Below are positions 13,041-26,265 of a DNA stretch of 55,921 nt, in pieces. The position numbers and the translations under genes are program-made. Below the pieces are notes generated by a model. That model was given only the letters and a program-made list of their open reading frames with translations, was not told the origin of the DNA and searched no databases. This stretch comes from Selaginella moellendorffii (Eukaryota > Plantae > Lycopodiophyta), in contig NW_003314266.1 in the NCBI RefSeq assembly GCF_000143415.4, positions 3,754,887-3,810,807 on the forward strand, given 5' to 3'. The first letter of the stretch is position 1. Every line of letters starts with the position of its first letter.

Positions 13041-14829
13041 AATGAAAAGCTTATTATATGTCAAATCTCTATGAAAGTGTCAAATATCAATGACAATGTC
13101 AGTGCAGATAGCATAATTGCAAATTATCATTCTCATCTATCACCATCACTTTGTAGCACTTGTATGTTGCCATCTCCGCCTTCAATATCTTGTAAACAAT
13201 TGTATGTGATATGATAGCACCATCTAGAATAAGGTATATTACCTCCAACTAATATCATTTTATTATATATATATATATATTTTTTCTTTTAAAAGTGACA
13301 ATACTATAGTATAGAAAGTAGTTCTAGATCTTACATTCCACTATAGGGTGGCTTAAGAACCCTATATTTTGCACTAGCTAATGTAGTGTTTCCCAAAGGG
13401 ATGTAATTCCTCACCATAAAGTGATAGTGGGTATGTGTCTGTAACTCATTTTTGAATCTATTATACATCCATGTGCTACAATGCTCAAGAAAAGTTTACA
13501 AACCTATAAAGTCATTTGTCTTGTCCAAAAAAAATAGCATATTAAACACCAAATGTAATAGCGTTCTGTGCTTTCAAGTAGTCCTGCCATGTTAAGAGCA
13601 AGATCTTGCAAAAATATATGGCATTACTCTTGAAGTGTTGAAGGCAATCCCTCTCTAGTAGCAAAATCCGGAATTTCATATATAGAAAGTTTTAATTTAG
13701 CTTCACTAGAGCCCTCTGCAGAAAAAGGATTGTTATGTGGAAGTGAAGGTGGAATGTTGGTAGAATTTAGGGGTGGAGGTTGGTATAAAATGCTAAGGGG
13801 CCAAGTACGAGTAGCAGTGACTTTCCTTCGAGCTATTTTAATACAAACTTCCAAAGAGCTCAAAGAAAACAAAACAACTACAATGATTATAACTTTTCTA
13901 GATAGTTTATATACTAAGTTTTGGTCTTGGGAATGAGGTTTATTTATTATGACATTGACAATACTTAGATTTTTGAAATGTTAGTCTCAGAAATAGAGCT
14001 TCATAATCATAGCTTGTTTGTAAACATAAGAGCTTCTAGAATTCTAGATTATCGTGTATACACATTCTCTATCATTGATAAAATCCTATTTTGCTACGCA
14101 TATATTTTTTTTTACACATGCCAAATTTCTAAGGAAATAAATTGCAGGGAAATATAGACCACATTATAGTGGCAAGGCACATTGACATGCTGCCATCCTC
14201 TCGTGTAAGATTGTTTTTCAGTCTTGGAAATGTAGATAAAGTTGATTCTTTGATGTGATATTACTTTTGAGTCTTTTGAAAGATTTCGATTTCTTTTATT
14301 ATTATTCACAAACAACTCCTAAAAACTCTTAATGATGATTCACTACAAAAATATACCTTATTTTTTTCATACAGGAGGATTGCGATATAAGTAGGCAACA
14401 GAGTTTTTAATATGAATTAATATATAAATTACAAATGTTATGGAAAGTTTTATGGAGTAGATTTCTTAATGCTTTCTACTGTACTGTTCATTTCTTCATT
14501 TCTCTTGCTTTGGATTGTTATTTCAGAAGTAATAAGAGCATTTTTATCAATTGTGATAGTGATCTCCACATCCCAAATGGGTAATAAGGACCAAGAGTGT
14601 AATATGGAGATTATGGTAGTGAAACAAAATTAACATTCTTATATTCCTTTGTAGTACAACTCTTACTCATAGATATTTTATTTTCCTTACTTTCCATCTT
14701 CTCAAAAACCCTAAAAAATCTTTTGAATAAAGGAATAGAATGTACAGTTGTAAAAGTATTCAAAATATTAAGTAGTCAAATCAAAATATGATAGCAGTAA
14801 CAGTAGTCATAATAAAATAAAATAACCTT

Positions 14830-15839
14830 ACAAAAGATAGGTTCTCGTGAACTTTGTCTTTTTTAAACCATCTTCGGGTAGGGATATTCTCTCGAAAAGT
14901 GTTCTACTTCACTGTAGTTGAAATATACGTTGTTTCCCATGCTATTAGTTGACTTGACCTTTTTATCTATAAGTTTGTCCCTTTTCTCTTGATTCCCTCA
15001 CATACTTCCTTGCTAGCCACTAGATCTACATTTTCGAAACACCAAGAGTTCATTTTTAGAGAAACTCTTCTTGATTTTCCTTTTGCCATATGTCCCCTTT
15101 GGTTTGGCTCCTTTATTGAACGTGGATCCCGATCTTATTATGTTCCCTTTTTGTAGATTATCATTGAAATGCACCTTAATAATTACATCTAATGCTTCTT
15201 TATAGTTGGTCGGGTTCCAACGTATCATCTCACCTTGAGCCCAGGTCTGCAAGCCTAAGATGAAGGCATGGAACACATCCATATCATCCATATCCGTAAT
15301 AAGTATCCTCTTTGCTATAAACACATTCACATACTCTTGAATGATTCCTATCTGCTTCAGCCTACTTAGCTCATCCCTTAGGTGTAGAGTAGCATTCAGA
15401 GGAACGTAAGTTGCACAGATCCTTGCTTTCATTATTTCCTAAGTGGCCACTGATTCTTCATTGGCCTCTATTATTGTCCACCAACTTAACATTATGGTTT
15501 TGCATATGGGACTTTCTCCAAGTTTGGTAATTGCAACATTCGAAAATAATCTTCCATATTGTAAAACTAATTTTCCACCACCTTATAGTCATTCACTCCC
15601 TTGAAGACTAGTGGGGGCTTTGGTTTATACTTGGGAATTACTTAAGGGACTGATTCCAGTTCAGTTTGTTCGACCTTGTTCGGTTTCGCATCAGTCTCAG
15701 CCAAAGGGTTCATGCCTTCTGCACTACTAGCATTTGTAGTCTTTTGCTTTTTCTTCCACTTCTTGTCATGCTTTATCTTGCATATGAGAGTCTCCAATAA
15801 CTTTGAGTATAACCAAAGAAGATAACTATGCATGATCAA
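14830..15839 (-). pseudogene. Decayed Gypsy gag, older copy of the gag at 51043-52235
   Basis: ORF 15013-15432 (MKARICATYVPLNATLHLRDELSRLKQ) aligns with ORF 51043-51762, and ORF 15642-15839 aligns with ORF 51819-52043. Confidence 0.9.
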
Positions 15840-17306
15840 TACTCAACCAAAACTAAAGCGAAGACCATAAAATGGACTTATATAGATACACAATCTCTTA
15901 ATAAACAAAGTTACAGTATAGGTACTAACATCTCAATCACAAATAATTAAGTTGGACATCACCATCCTTAACCAAGGCACAAGGTTAGTAAAACTAAGTC
16001 AAGATCAGTGAAAGCTCATTACTCTCATAGAATCTAATGAAATGCAAAATGCAACTAACCACCAAGCATAATGTGTATAGAAGAAAGGCATAAATGTAAT
16101 CTTTCTTGAAAAACATAATAACTACTTTTTTATACCAACTCCAAACTCTATTTAACTCAATTACCTTAGCCCCAAAAGGTAATATCATTTTTAAGCCACA
16201 TCATACATACTAAAGTCTAAGCTAATTAAAGTAAACTCTAACTTTTTCACTAATTTGCAATAGCTTTCGAAAACAAAATGGTTTTCAAGCAAAATGATTA
16301 ACAGATTAGCCATTGGAAAAGATTAAAAAGAATGATTCTTTGTCCAAGAATACAAATTCTTAAAACTCAACTAACTTCATCTTACTTATAATTTCACATA
16401 AATTCACCTTAACACAAATTTTCATTACCCAATAACATGCTTAAGTACCGAACAACATGCCCGTATAATTGACATCCAACAATGATATATGTAAATGCAA
16501 AATAAACACATTAAACTTGATCATAAAGATTATGTCTTTAAATATCCATATTGTAATAACACTTTTCATCAATCACTTTCAAGATCCAATATAAAGCCAA
16601 AACACTAATAAAAAAAATGATATGGAAAATCAAGTTTGAAGGAAAAATTCCCCATCACTCAACATAATAATACCACTTCCACTAACATAAGTGTTAGTAA
16701 TGTTAATGTTTTAACTTTACACATTTTTATTCAACAATTTACTCAAAGTACTAATGGATTCACCAATAACCTATAGCAAATGAATGCTATAACTTTTCCA
16801 TCACCTAATAGGCAAATTTTCAAGGAACTAAAGTACCAACATCAATTTAGTATAAAATGGATCACCATCAAGAATCCAACTAAAGCTACTACTATGTGTA
16901 AATATATTAGTATCATCATTAACCACTTTGGGGTTAATCATTATTTGACCAAGCAACTTCATAAACACATTGCTCAAGATCACATGAATATAATATAACA
17001 ATCACAATGACTTGATCATTAATTGAGTAACACCACGAGCAATACCCATGTCACTATTATAGAAGTTTACGTGAGTATCAAATGCCAACTCAATTCGACA
17101 AAATACAACACAAATATTATACCCCACCAATAGAAATTTACATCATCTAACACTACCAACTTCATTCACAACATGGACAAACTCATATCACTCTTTTGCT
17201 AACCAAGCTCAAAACTAATCCGATACCAAACTACTCAAGGAGCAATAGCAAAGTTCATTGGAAAAGAATTGAGCATTGCAACCTAAGCCTTCTAATAGCA
17301 AACCTA
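15710..17306. repeat. Copy 2 of near-identical direct duplication
   Basis: Matches 1-1596 at offset 15,710. Confidence 0.95.
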
Positions 17307-17802
17307 AGTAAAATGGTTTAACACTTCACTATTATCCATTAATGACTCACCATTTGTAAAATTATTATGCCCAACATACATCGAAATAGAGACTCTTAAT
17401 TGCATGATGTGAATACGAGCAATGAGATCACACCTTGTTACAAATTATCTCTCAAAAAAGAGAAAATGATTTTTATGTTTAATCTTTTGTCTCTAATGAC
17501 TCTTTTTCGTCTTAACTTGACTAAACCTCAAATTTGCTTTCGCACTGCCTTCAGTTCAATCAAAGAAAAGTGAATGACAAAGCATGGTAATAACTACTTG
17601 AACTAATAGACTAATCCTTACAATTTTGATTGATCCATTTATAATTATGCTTAGGAAGGATTTATTAGTGCTTTTCTAAACAACTATGGACTAGCCTATT
17701 CACCACTCTTTACAAACCCAAAGGAGGTTTACTTTAACCTATGGAAAATATGTTAATATTAATCTTGCTAACTCAAAATGTAATTCTAATTTGCTAATGC
17801 GT

Positions 17803-18367
17803 TATAGCGCATATGATCATAAGATGAGATTTGGATATACTGTCATTGTGAATCCTAGGAACCTTGGGGGATAAATAGGGATAAAATAGCCACTAAAGGC
17901 TTTTTCATCAAACAATTGCCCCTTTTCCAGTTGGCATAAGGAGAGAGAGATAGGGTGCGCTACATGTAATATCGGATGTGGTATCGATTCCCATTGATTA
18001 GTAGCTATTTAAAATATAATATACCCTTGAACAAAGTGTATCCTTACTCATAATAAATTTTAAATCGTATGTATTGGGCATCCATGCATACGTTCTTCCT
18101 CTTATGGAGCATGCATAGATGAAGATATTCACTATGGGACTGCGGTACAGGTGGATGATCTGCCTCACATAAAATAATTGATTAGTAAATGTTGTTAGTT
18201 AGTAGTTAATAAGGACATTAACATTTCTAAAGGGGTGATGAGTATAGCGAATGTGATCATGAGATAAAATTTAGATATACTATCACTATGGATTTTTAAA
18301 ACCTTTCTTATCAAGCAATTACCCCTTTTTTAGTTGGCTTAAGGGGAGAGAGATAGGGCACGTTACA
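17803..18367 (+). mobile_element. Small non-coding LTR element (second TRIM family)
   Basis: Direct repeats 17803-17964 and 18243-18367 with decayed TGTAGCG...CGCTACA termini. PBS-like sequence follows the first LTR and purine tract AAAGGGGTGATGAG precedes the second. No TSD found. Confidence 0.7.
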
Positions 18368-18859
18368 TATGCCTCATTTATGAGCCCAAGCACAAACTTA
18401 TGCAAATGGTATACCTTATATCCATCCTATAAGCCCAAACAAAAGTTTATATAATTTAGTATGAAAAGGTAACCAAAATCCATACCCAAGGGACACATAT
18501 GAAGCCATAACAACCAAATATGTACCCACTTGGATCATCATTTTCATTTCTGTGTATACAACGAGACTAGTTAGCCAATCTCATTAAATAGTACTTATTA
18601 AAACTCATTCTTTGATACCAAATATAACGCACATAGTTTTCACTCTTTATCTTATGTTGTTTTACCATAGGATAACCATGAAGTAAAATCTTAACCTTTA
18701 GACACATGGGCCAAAGATAGTGGAACAGAATGTGAGTTTAAGACTTTGGGCCATTGAACAAAGAGACATAGCCAAACTCTTAAGCATATAGCTAAAGAGC
18801 ATAGGAAACTAGAGCACAAAACAACTCTCAAATGTATAGCCTAAGGAACAAAGGGATCG

Positions 18860-20391
18860 TATGAGACATAAAATCTCAAGGCCCTAAAAAGGAGCCAAAA
18901 GGGTGCCACGTGGTAGTGGCTGAGGTGGAAGCCAAATGAGGGTAATACATATGGACTAAAAGCTCTGACTTGAAAAGTCAAAAGTGGGAGTAAAACTCCC
19001 AACGGAGTGCTCAAGGAACGAGCACGACACAAACAATAAGAGAGTCAATAGAAAAGGGACACAAGAGGACCAACACATGATATGAGATAGAGTTTGAGAT
19101 GGACTGAGATAGACTGAGATAGAGTCCAAGATAGAGTTCGAGATGGACCCGAGATGGAGTCTGAGATGGAGTTCGAAATGGAGTTTGAGAGGGAGTCTGA
19201 GATGAAGTCCGAGATGGACCCAAGATGGAGTCTAAGATGGAGTCTAAGATGGACCGAAATAGAGTCCGAAATGGACCAAGATAGAGTCCGAGATGGACTA
19301 AAGATGGACCCGAGATGGACTTGAGATGGAGTCCAAGATGGAGTTCGAGAAGGACCTGAGACCAAGACAGAGACCGAGACCAAGACTGAGACCGAGACTG
19401 AGACCGAATTTGAGTCCGAGTCCGAGTTCGAGTTCGAGGGTGAAAGCCCAAAGCATTCATCTCCCAGACCCTAGGGGGTTTGGTGATCTCCAAAAATATA
19501 GTAGGGGGAGGATTCTAGTGGAGCCAATTTGGCTAGGAAAGGCTAGTGTGACCAAGGAAGGCTATACCCACATGGCGGGTGATGATAAAACCATTGAGGA
19601 ATTCAAGGCTAAAGTGAATATAGACAGACAAGCGAGGTAATTTGGCAAAGTGTTCAAGAGTTGACTCTAACTTCTTCAGGAGATTAAATGATCGATGCTC
19701 CCAATCCAAGTATGGGTGGCACTACCTACTTGGATACCAAGTGTGGCTCATCGAAATCTCACTCTAAGCCCATGGCTAGAGCACCAAAGGTAGAAGTTGG
19801 GGAGAGTACCTATGAGGCTCACATAGAGCTATAATATTCCGAAATGTTGTCCCAAAGTCCCAGACTGTGGAAAAGAAGTGGAGCAATCCTCTAGTGTAGT
19901 GATCAAGGATACGATCATATGGTGAGGAAGTCCTAAAGAACAGTAGGACTTAGTAGTCTAGCCCTTAGGCCTTGACCCAGTGGTGGTGTTGGCAAGCATA
20001 GTCGTGGATGAAGAAGGACTTGGTAAGGACAGAAGAAGGGTGCCAAGGCGTGGTCAAGGGATGACCATTCGTGAATGGATGGCATAGTCTTTAAGAGATG
20101 GACTGTGATGCAGGTGGCATTGGATCACATGTATAACAAAAGTGAATGAGCATGGCCTTAGTGTAATGGGCTGATATATCAGTGGTACTTTTGGGTGTTG
20201 GTCATGGGATCAAATACGTGAAGCACTTAGACTAGGTGTAAAGTTTGAGTAGCATGGATGGGCTAGCAAGCCCCAAGTCCGGAATTGGACTTATGGAGGT
20301 TGTGAGTGAGACTCCTCCGAGTGGTCGAAGGTGTGGTTAAGTGACTAAAGCAAAATGGAAAATTTAGTCGCTTACAATTTAGTATCAAAGC
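18860..20391 (+). mobile_element. Full-length family-B LTR (~1.5 kb) plus decayed tRNA-iMet PBS
   Basis: T(A)TGAGACA start, GCTTACA end at 20376, then ATTTAGTATCAAAGC. Internal 6-bp-period GAGATG/GAGTCC array. Homologous to 54495-55921. Confidence 0.85.
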
Positions 20392-21696
20392 TTTTCCTTA
20401 ATCCGACTTTTATTGGTGTTCAAGTATATCACCACTGGTGTTAGCATTGGAAGGTCCTAGGAGTGGGGCTATCCTTGAGTAGCAGGTCGGGAAGATATAA
20501 CTCTCCATTGCAGTTTATGTGTGAACTTGTAGACGAGATGGTGGATAGAAAAGGGCTAATAATGGAATGACTTTGGGATTTTGGGAATAGTATAAAGTTT
20601 TCCTCAAAGAGTTGAGGATGTGATCTAAATGAGCTTTTGACTTAGCAAACTGGCTAATGTAATTATGGTAAACAACAATAGTTGGGATCATAGGGAAGGT
20701 AAAGATTCCAAAACAATAAAGGAGTAACAAGATCATTATCATATAGTTGAGGCTGGTGCTCATCAATTTGAGACTAGAATTAATGATCATAGAATGTCCA
20801 ATATGGATGAGGACATAAATCCTTGAAATGGTAGCTGAGGCTACCTTTTATAAATGCTAGAACAAACCCACGGAGTTAGGGGTGTGTTTAGAGGATGAGT
20901 TGGTATTCTCATCAGATAAACGATAGTCCTAAGGGGCAAAAGGTAGCCCACAGGGAATGGAAAATAGTCAAGTGTTGGAGTAACACTTGTAAAGATGGTC
21001 CTTATATGTAGGATATGAATACAAAAAGTTGTATTCTAATGAACTGACATCTTAAAAGTAGGACCTAATGGGTCATCGAATTAGCAAAGTCTAAAGAAGC
21101 TGGATGACTCAAGTAGAGTCAAAAAATGGTCCTAAAGAATTAATAGAAGCATTTGAACTAAGGTGTGTTATGCCCCACGAAGAATGGGGAGGATCATAAG
21201 ATCCAAGTATGAGAACAATGAGTATCTTGTTGAGGGCAGAATGTGCCATATTAAAGTCATAGGAAAGGTCTTCTCAGAAGAAAACAATTTTGACACAAAA
21301 TTGTGTGTAAACACTATAGTGCAGTGCTAATGGATAGTTGGCATAAAAAACAACTATGGAGCCATTCGCACCTGTGCTTTATATAAAAATATTTTAAAAT
21401 GTATATTTTAATTTTTGTGACTGTTGCATTCGCACTTTAGTAGTTTTTAGGTTGTTTTAAGCTTTAAATATGCATTTTAAAACATTTTCATTCCCACTTG
21501 CATAAGTTTTTGTGGTAAAAATTTAACGTAAAACACTAGTGACTTCGCACTTGACTTACTTTAAAATGTCTTCAAAATAGCATTCGAACATGTTTTAAAA
21601 TATTTTAAAATTTCAAATTTAATTCAAATTCGAAATGCTAACCCTAAATTTCAATTTCAAATTTCAAATTTCAAATATTAAACTTGAACATAGCAA

Positions 21697-23093
21697 TCAC
21701 GCAGTTCTACGACGCCGTAAACATAAGAAGTTGGTTAAGTTCTCTCGGACCTCCTGTGCATCCTCCGGCCCACCCAAGTCTTCCTGTGGTTCTCCCTCAG
21801 CCACAATAGAATCCCTGTAATCTTTGAAAATCTCTACTTCCTTCAAGGCTTGAATGTGTTTCTCCCATGCTTTGATCTCGGCATTGATGTTTGTCTCACC
21901 AACATCAATCAAGAAGTTGTGCAAGATGCAACAACTTTTGATGATGTTCGACAGGTACTTCGGCTTGATCCTTTGTTTTTGATCCAAGCATTTGAATTTC
22001 ATTTTCAAGAGTCCAAATGCTTCAATAACAATCCGGGCCAGATGGTGTTGCTGGTTGTACTCTGCCTCAGTCACCGTCAATTGGGAACTTGTTTCAAATG
22101 AATAATTGAGAAAAAAAAAAAAACAATCAGCTTACCCAAGTGAGGGATCATCAAGTGCTGCTGTAGTTGGTAGCCTTTGTCTCCCACCAGGTATGGCTCA
22201 ATCCACTCATCAAAAGCAAACTCCCAAGGAACTGTGAGTAATTCCCTTGCTTGGATCTTGTGGCATAGCCTGGAGTTCTGAAAAACCCTCATGTCATGAA
22301 CACTCCTTGGGAAAAAAAAAACCAATTAGATGTATAGAAGAAAAAAATTAAAAGTAATTACCTAGCCAGCCTGCATAGATACTCAAGAACCTTTTCTGAG
22401 TGTTAATAACCCCTTGCAAGATCACGAGTACCGTTGCTTTCGATCAAAGTAGCCCTCACCATCCAGGCCAACTGGTCGAATAATCTCGAAATGTGTACAG
22501 TCGATCGCCCCAGCCACATTAGGGAGACGGGTCTTGGTGATTTGCTGAAAATCTGCCGCCACAGCTCTAACCTCCACTGCTGTCTCCGAGAATTGAATCT
22601 TGTACCTGAGGCACTTGACGATTGCAGAAGTTGTTTGCACCACAATGTCATGTGCAGTGGCTTCCTTGATCCCAAACTTGTCAGACAGGTCGGAGTAGTC
22701 GGTGTTCTTGAACAACTTGTACAAGGTGACCCCCAAACGAACATCCACTAGCACCACTCTCCTAAACTTTGTATCCTGCTTGCAGATTTCAGCCTCCAGA
22801 ATGCTACAAAGCCCGAAGAACGTCTTCTTCTCCATCCTCAACTTCCGCTTCCATCGACCAGGGTCATACAACTCCATGAAGAACTTGCTCCATGTTGTCA
22901 TACACCGCGGCTTCACCCACCAGAGACCGGTGTCAAGTCGCTTGGACAAGATTGCTTGACAAAGCTTGTCTTCGTCGTCCTCCTCGTTCGGAAGAGTTTG
23001 TGCCACCGGGGTCTTGTCATCGATAATGGATTGAAAAGCCTCCATAGCGAGAAACAAAACTTGCAAAATAAGCAAGATTACCTTGTTCCTCAA
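21697..23093 (-). CDS. Harbinger DDE transposase (HARBI1-like), intron-containing, probably disabled
   Basis: WWVKPR, LRMEKKTFFGLC, GAIDCTH (D), LVGDKGY (D), YNQQHHLARIVIEAFG (E) and CCILHNF across ORFs 22422-23093, 22077-22325 and 21697-22080. Confidence 0.9.
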
Positions 23094-23311
23094 TAAGGCA
23101 TCGATGACTGTTGCTTGATTGTTGAAAGAACCATGTTCCTCCTGAGCATCTCTTTTGTTTTCCCTGGAAGCATCTTCTGTTTCCTCAGGTTGAACTGTTG
23201 CAAGATCCTGAAAAAAAAAATGGTTAGAAAAATCTAAAATATCATAGCCTAAACATAGTTTAGTTTAATATTAATAATTAACGTCCCCCTAAAATCCCGA
23301 AAACAAGATGG

Positions 23312-24748
23312 CTAACTCCTGGATGCAGCCCCGTTCAAGAAGTTGGAGATGGAGCTTGCAAGGTTGGAGATGGCTCCAGCTAAAACTGTTGCAGCTACAG
23401 CCTTTTCCTTCTCAGCTAGGCTATTCTCCTTCATGCAAACAATGCTCTCTTTTTGCCACGCTAGATTCTGCTCATTTCGAGTAGCAGTAAGAGCATTCCC
23501 CTCAGCGAGCAAAGTTGTCATGCTTTTCTCGGCCTTCTTCAAGTTCTTCCGCTTCCCTGAACTCCCTGGCACCTGTGTAGCATCTCCAGGAGGATCAACA
23601 CCATCCGTGGGATCCTCCTCGTAAGCTTCCTCTTCCGGAGCATCTGAATCAGCAAGAAATGTTGGAGATGTTGATGTTTGCTTCGCTAGGAATTCATCCA
23701 TGATGTTGAAGTACTTGACTGGGAACACCTTCAAGTTCAGCTTCACCGGCATAAGTCGCTTCGCATCCTCGTGGCTCAAGCTAAAGTCGTCGGGGTTTCC
23801 AGTTTTCCTCTGGAAATCGGAAACGCACTTGTAGTTATTGCAAAGGTTGTTCCAGCGAGTCTGGCAAGCCTTCCAATCTTGCTGCATGCCAGCAGCCTGC
23901 ATCTTCTTCGCAATCCTCTTCCAGCGATCAGTTGCTGTCAATATCATCTCCTTGCTGCCCTGCATAGCCCCAATCTTTCCAAGATGATCTTCCCGTTTGA
24001 AGTCAATGAGGGAAGTTGTCTCATCATCCCCCCAGTTTTTCCCGTGTTTCTTCCTCACTTTCTTCACGACATGAACACATGCCTCCCCTTCCTCGTCATC
24101 ATCGCCTTCCTCTTCATCACCCCGATCATCTTCTTCCACCTCCTATTCAACGGCAACGTCATCCTGCTCCTCCAAGTTATGAAACCAGAACTGCATATAC
24201 TGCTATCCTGGTGACTGCTCCTACTCCAGGTCACCTACTTTGCCACCCTAAACCCGAAACCACTCTCCTAGAATCTGAGCTAAACTTGGTTTGAAGCTTA
24301 CCTCGTTGGTTGTCGTAGAAGAGAATTCAGAGAACAATCAAGTTCTAGAAGCCGTGGGGGGAGAAGCTCCAGCTCCCTATGCTACAGCTCCCCATGCTCC
24401 AGCTCCCCGTGCTACAGCTCCCTGTGCTCTAGCTCCAAGTCCGCCCTGATTGAGGCCAAGATTTGAGAGATCGGCATCTCCACGGCCTCGGCCCTGAGGC
24501 AGCCTGCCTCCTCGAGCAACAGCTGGGCCTGGTGCTCGTCCTCCAACCCCAAATGCTCCTCCACCACAATTGCTCCTCACTCCACGAGCAGCACCTTCTC
24601 ACTGGATGCCACTGCCCCAAACCCGCACCATCTCCTCGTCAAACCCTACAGCTCCTCCTTCCCCAAAATCAGCTCCTCCTCCTTCCTGCATTGAATCCCC
24701 AACAGGATCTAACCCTAGGGTGATGACTGCTGTCGGCTCCCCTGCCAT
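23312..24748 (-). CDS. Harbinger Myb/SANT(trihelix)-like DNA-binding protein; 5' exon carries premature stops
   Basis: NWGDDETTSLI...RWKRIAKKM...DWKACQTRWNNL in ORF 23312-24139. Probable Gly-rich first exon from ATG at 24748. Confidence 0.85.
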
Positions 24749-25142
24749 AAAATGCCTGAGCTCACGGCAGCTCGCGGCAAAAATCTGAAATGCCCTAATC
24801 AGGGTGCTGGAATCTTTGGGGAATCTCAGAGATTCCTTTTAAAAATATTTTAAGTTTAAAAGAACCCCCCCCCCCCCCCCCCCCCCCATCTTTTAAAATT
24901 GGTCTGAATGTTTTAAAAAGTGAAAATATTGTGTTAAAGTTAGCACTATGTGTGAATTAAAATGTTTTTAAAAAATATCCTAAATTTTAATGTAAAGTAA
25001 TTTACTTTATTTTAAAACATAGTGCAAATGTACTCATCACTTAAATTTAGCACATTTCAAGAATAAAGAGTAGGTGCGAATGGCTCCTATATTGGTCTTG
25101 GCAAAGACCTAGACACAAGTAAAAAAGTGTCATAAAGGTAGA

Positions 25143-25842
25143 TCTAAACAACTAAATTTTCTATTCTACTTTAGTCACTTAACCACACCTTCAACCACTT
25201 AGAGGAGTCTCACTCACCACCTCTATAAGTTTTATTCCAGATTTAGGGACTTGCTAGCCTCGAGAATGGCATTCATGCCACTCAACCATTGCACTTGGTC
25301 CAAGTGCTCCACGTGTCCAATCCCTTAACTGACACCCAAAGGTACCACCAACATACTAGCCCGTTATACTAAGACCATGCTTATTCACCTTTATTACACC
25401 GGTGATCCAACACCACTTGCATCACAATCCCATCTCTCAAAAACTGGGCCATCCATCCACGAGTGGTCATCCTAAATCCACTTTTTAGCATCCTTAGGAT
25501 GCCCACCAACATGGGGAACAACCTTCCCTAATATCTCTTTTCTGGTCTCCACCAAATCCCTTTCTGACTATGGCTGTATTCGCCAACATTGCCACTGGAT
25601 CAAGGCCCACAGGCCCGACTACTAAGTCCCACTATCCTCTGGGACTTTCTCACCATATGACCATATCCTTGGTCACTACACTAGAGGACTGCTCCTCTTC
25701 CTTTCCACAGTCTAGGACTTTGGGACAACATTTTGGAATACTGTGGCCCTACATGAGCTTCATAGATACTCTCCCTAGCTTCCACCTTTGGTGCTTTAGC
25801 CATGGGCTTAGAGTGAGGTTCCGATGAGCCACACCCGGTATC
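25143..25842 (-). mobile_element. Family-B LTR fragment, interrupted by the Tcn1-like element
   Basis: Reverse complement of ~19740-20376. Homology stops where TGTCAG begins at 25843. Confidence 0.85.
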
Positions 25843-26175
25843 TGTCAGAAATCCCCCAATTCTTGCCACATTCCTGACTCTCACCAGATTCCTAACCTGC
25901 AGACCACATTCCTGACTCTCGAGACACTTCTCTATTCCTAACTCTTTCATTTCCCATACAATTCCTGGGTCTCGAGCCACATTCCCAACTATATTTAGGC
26001 CATCCTTGATCCAAGAGCGGTGGAGCTTCATCAACCTATAGTATATATAAGTTAGCTTTGTTCCATTTCTCCACAATCTGAATCAACGCTAGTCTAAGGC
26101 CTCTTTTTCGTTTCCACTAGCTTTTCTCTTTGTCTTCTGCATTTTCCAATCTTGATCTTATTGGGGGTCTTGACA
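25843..26175 (+). mobile_element. 5' LTR (333 bp) of a Tf1/Tcn1-like Gypsy element
   Basis: TGTCAGAAATCCCCCAAT...ATTGGGGGTCTTGACA termini. TATA-like GTATATATAAG at 26041. Followed by a non-tRNA PBS. Confidence 0.85.
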
Positions 26176-26265
26176 GTTTGATTCATATTGTGTTTTTTTT
26201 TGTTTTTACTTTAGCTCGTTTTGATTGTTTGACTACCTTGCCTTTTTCCCCCTTTTCTTTCTTCT

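Larger units (their letters stand above)
21358..25087 (-). mobile_element. PIF/Harbinger DNA transposon with complete ends
   Basis: 16-bp perfect TIR GGAGCCATTCGCACCT (21358-21373, reverse complement 25072-25087). 3-bp TSD TAT (21355-21357 and 25088-25090). Two-gene layout. Confidence 0.95.

Noticed and set aside
4031-13306. Candidate TIRs TAGTATTG / CAATACTA for the MULE-like element
   Set aside because: Only 8 bp in AT-rich DNA with no TSD, so element ends are left undefined.
13400-14450. Possible host gene exons (also 3637-4033)
   Set aside because: Short ORFs with stops and no recognisable family.
18841-19640. Repetitive S/R/L/D-rich ORFs (also at 43393-43712, 46744-47127 and 54590-55064)
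   Set aside because: By-products of the LTR hexamer arrays, which are open in several frames on both strands.
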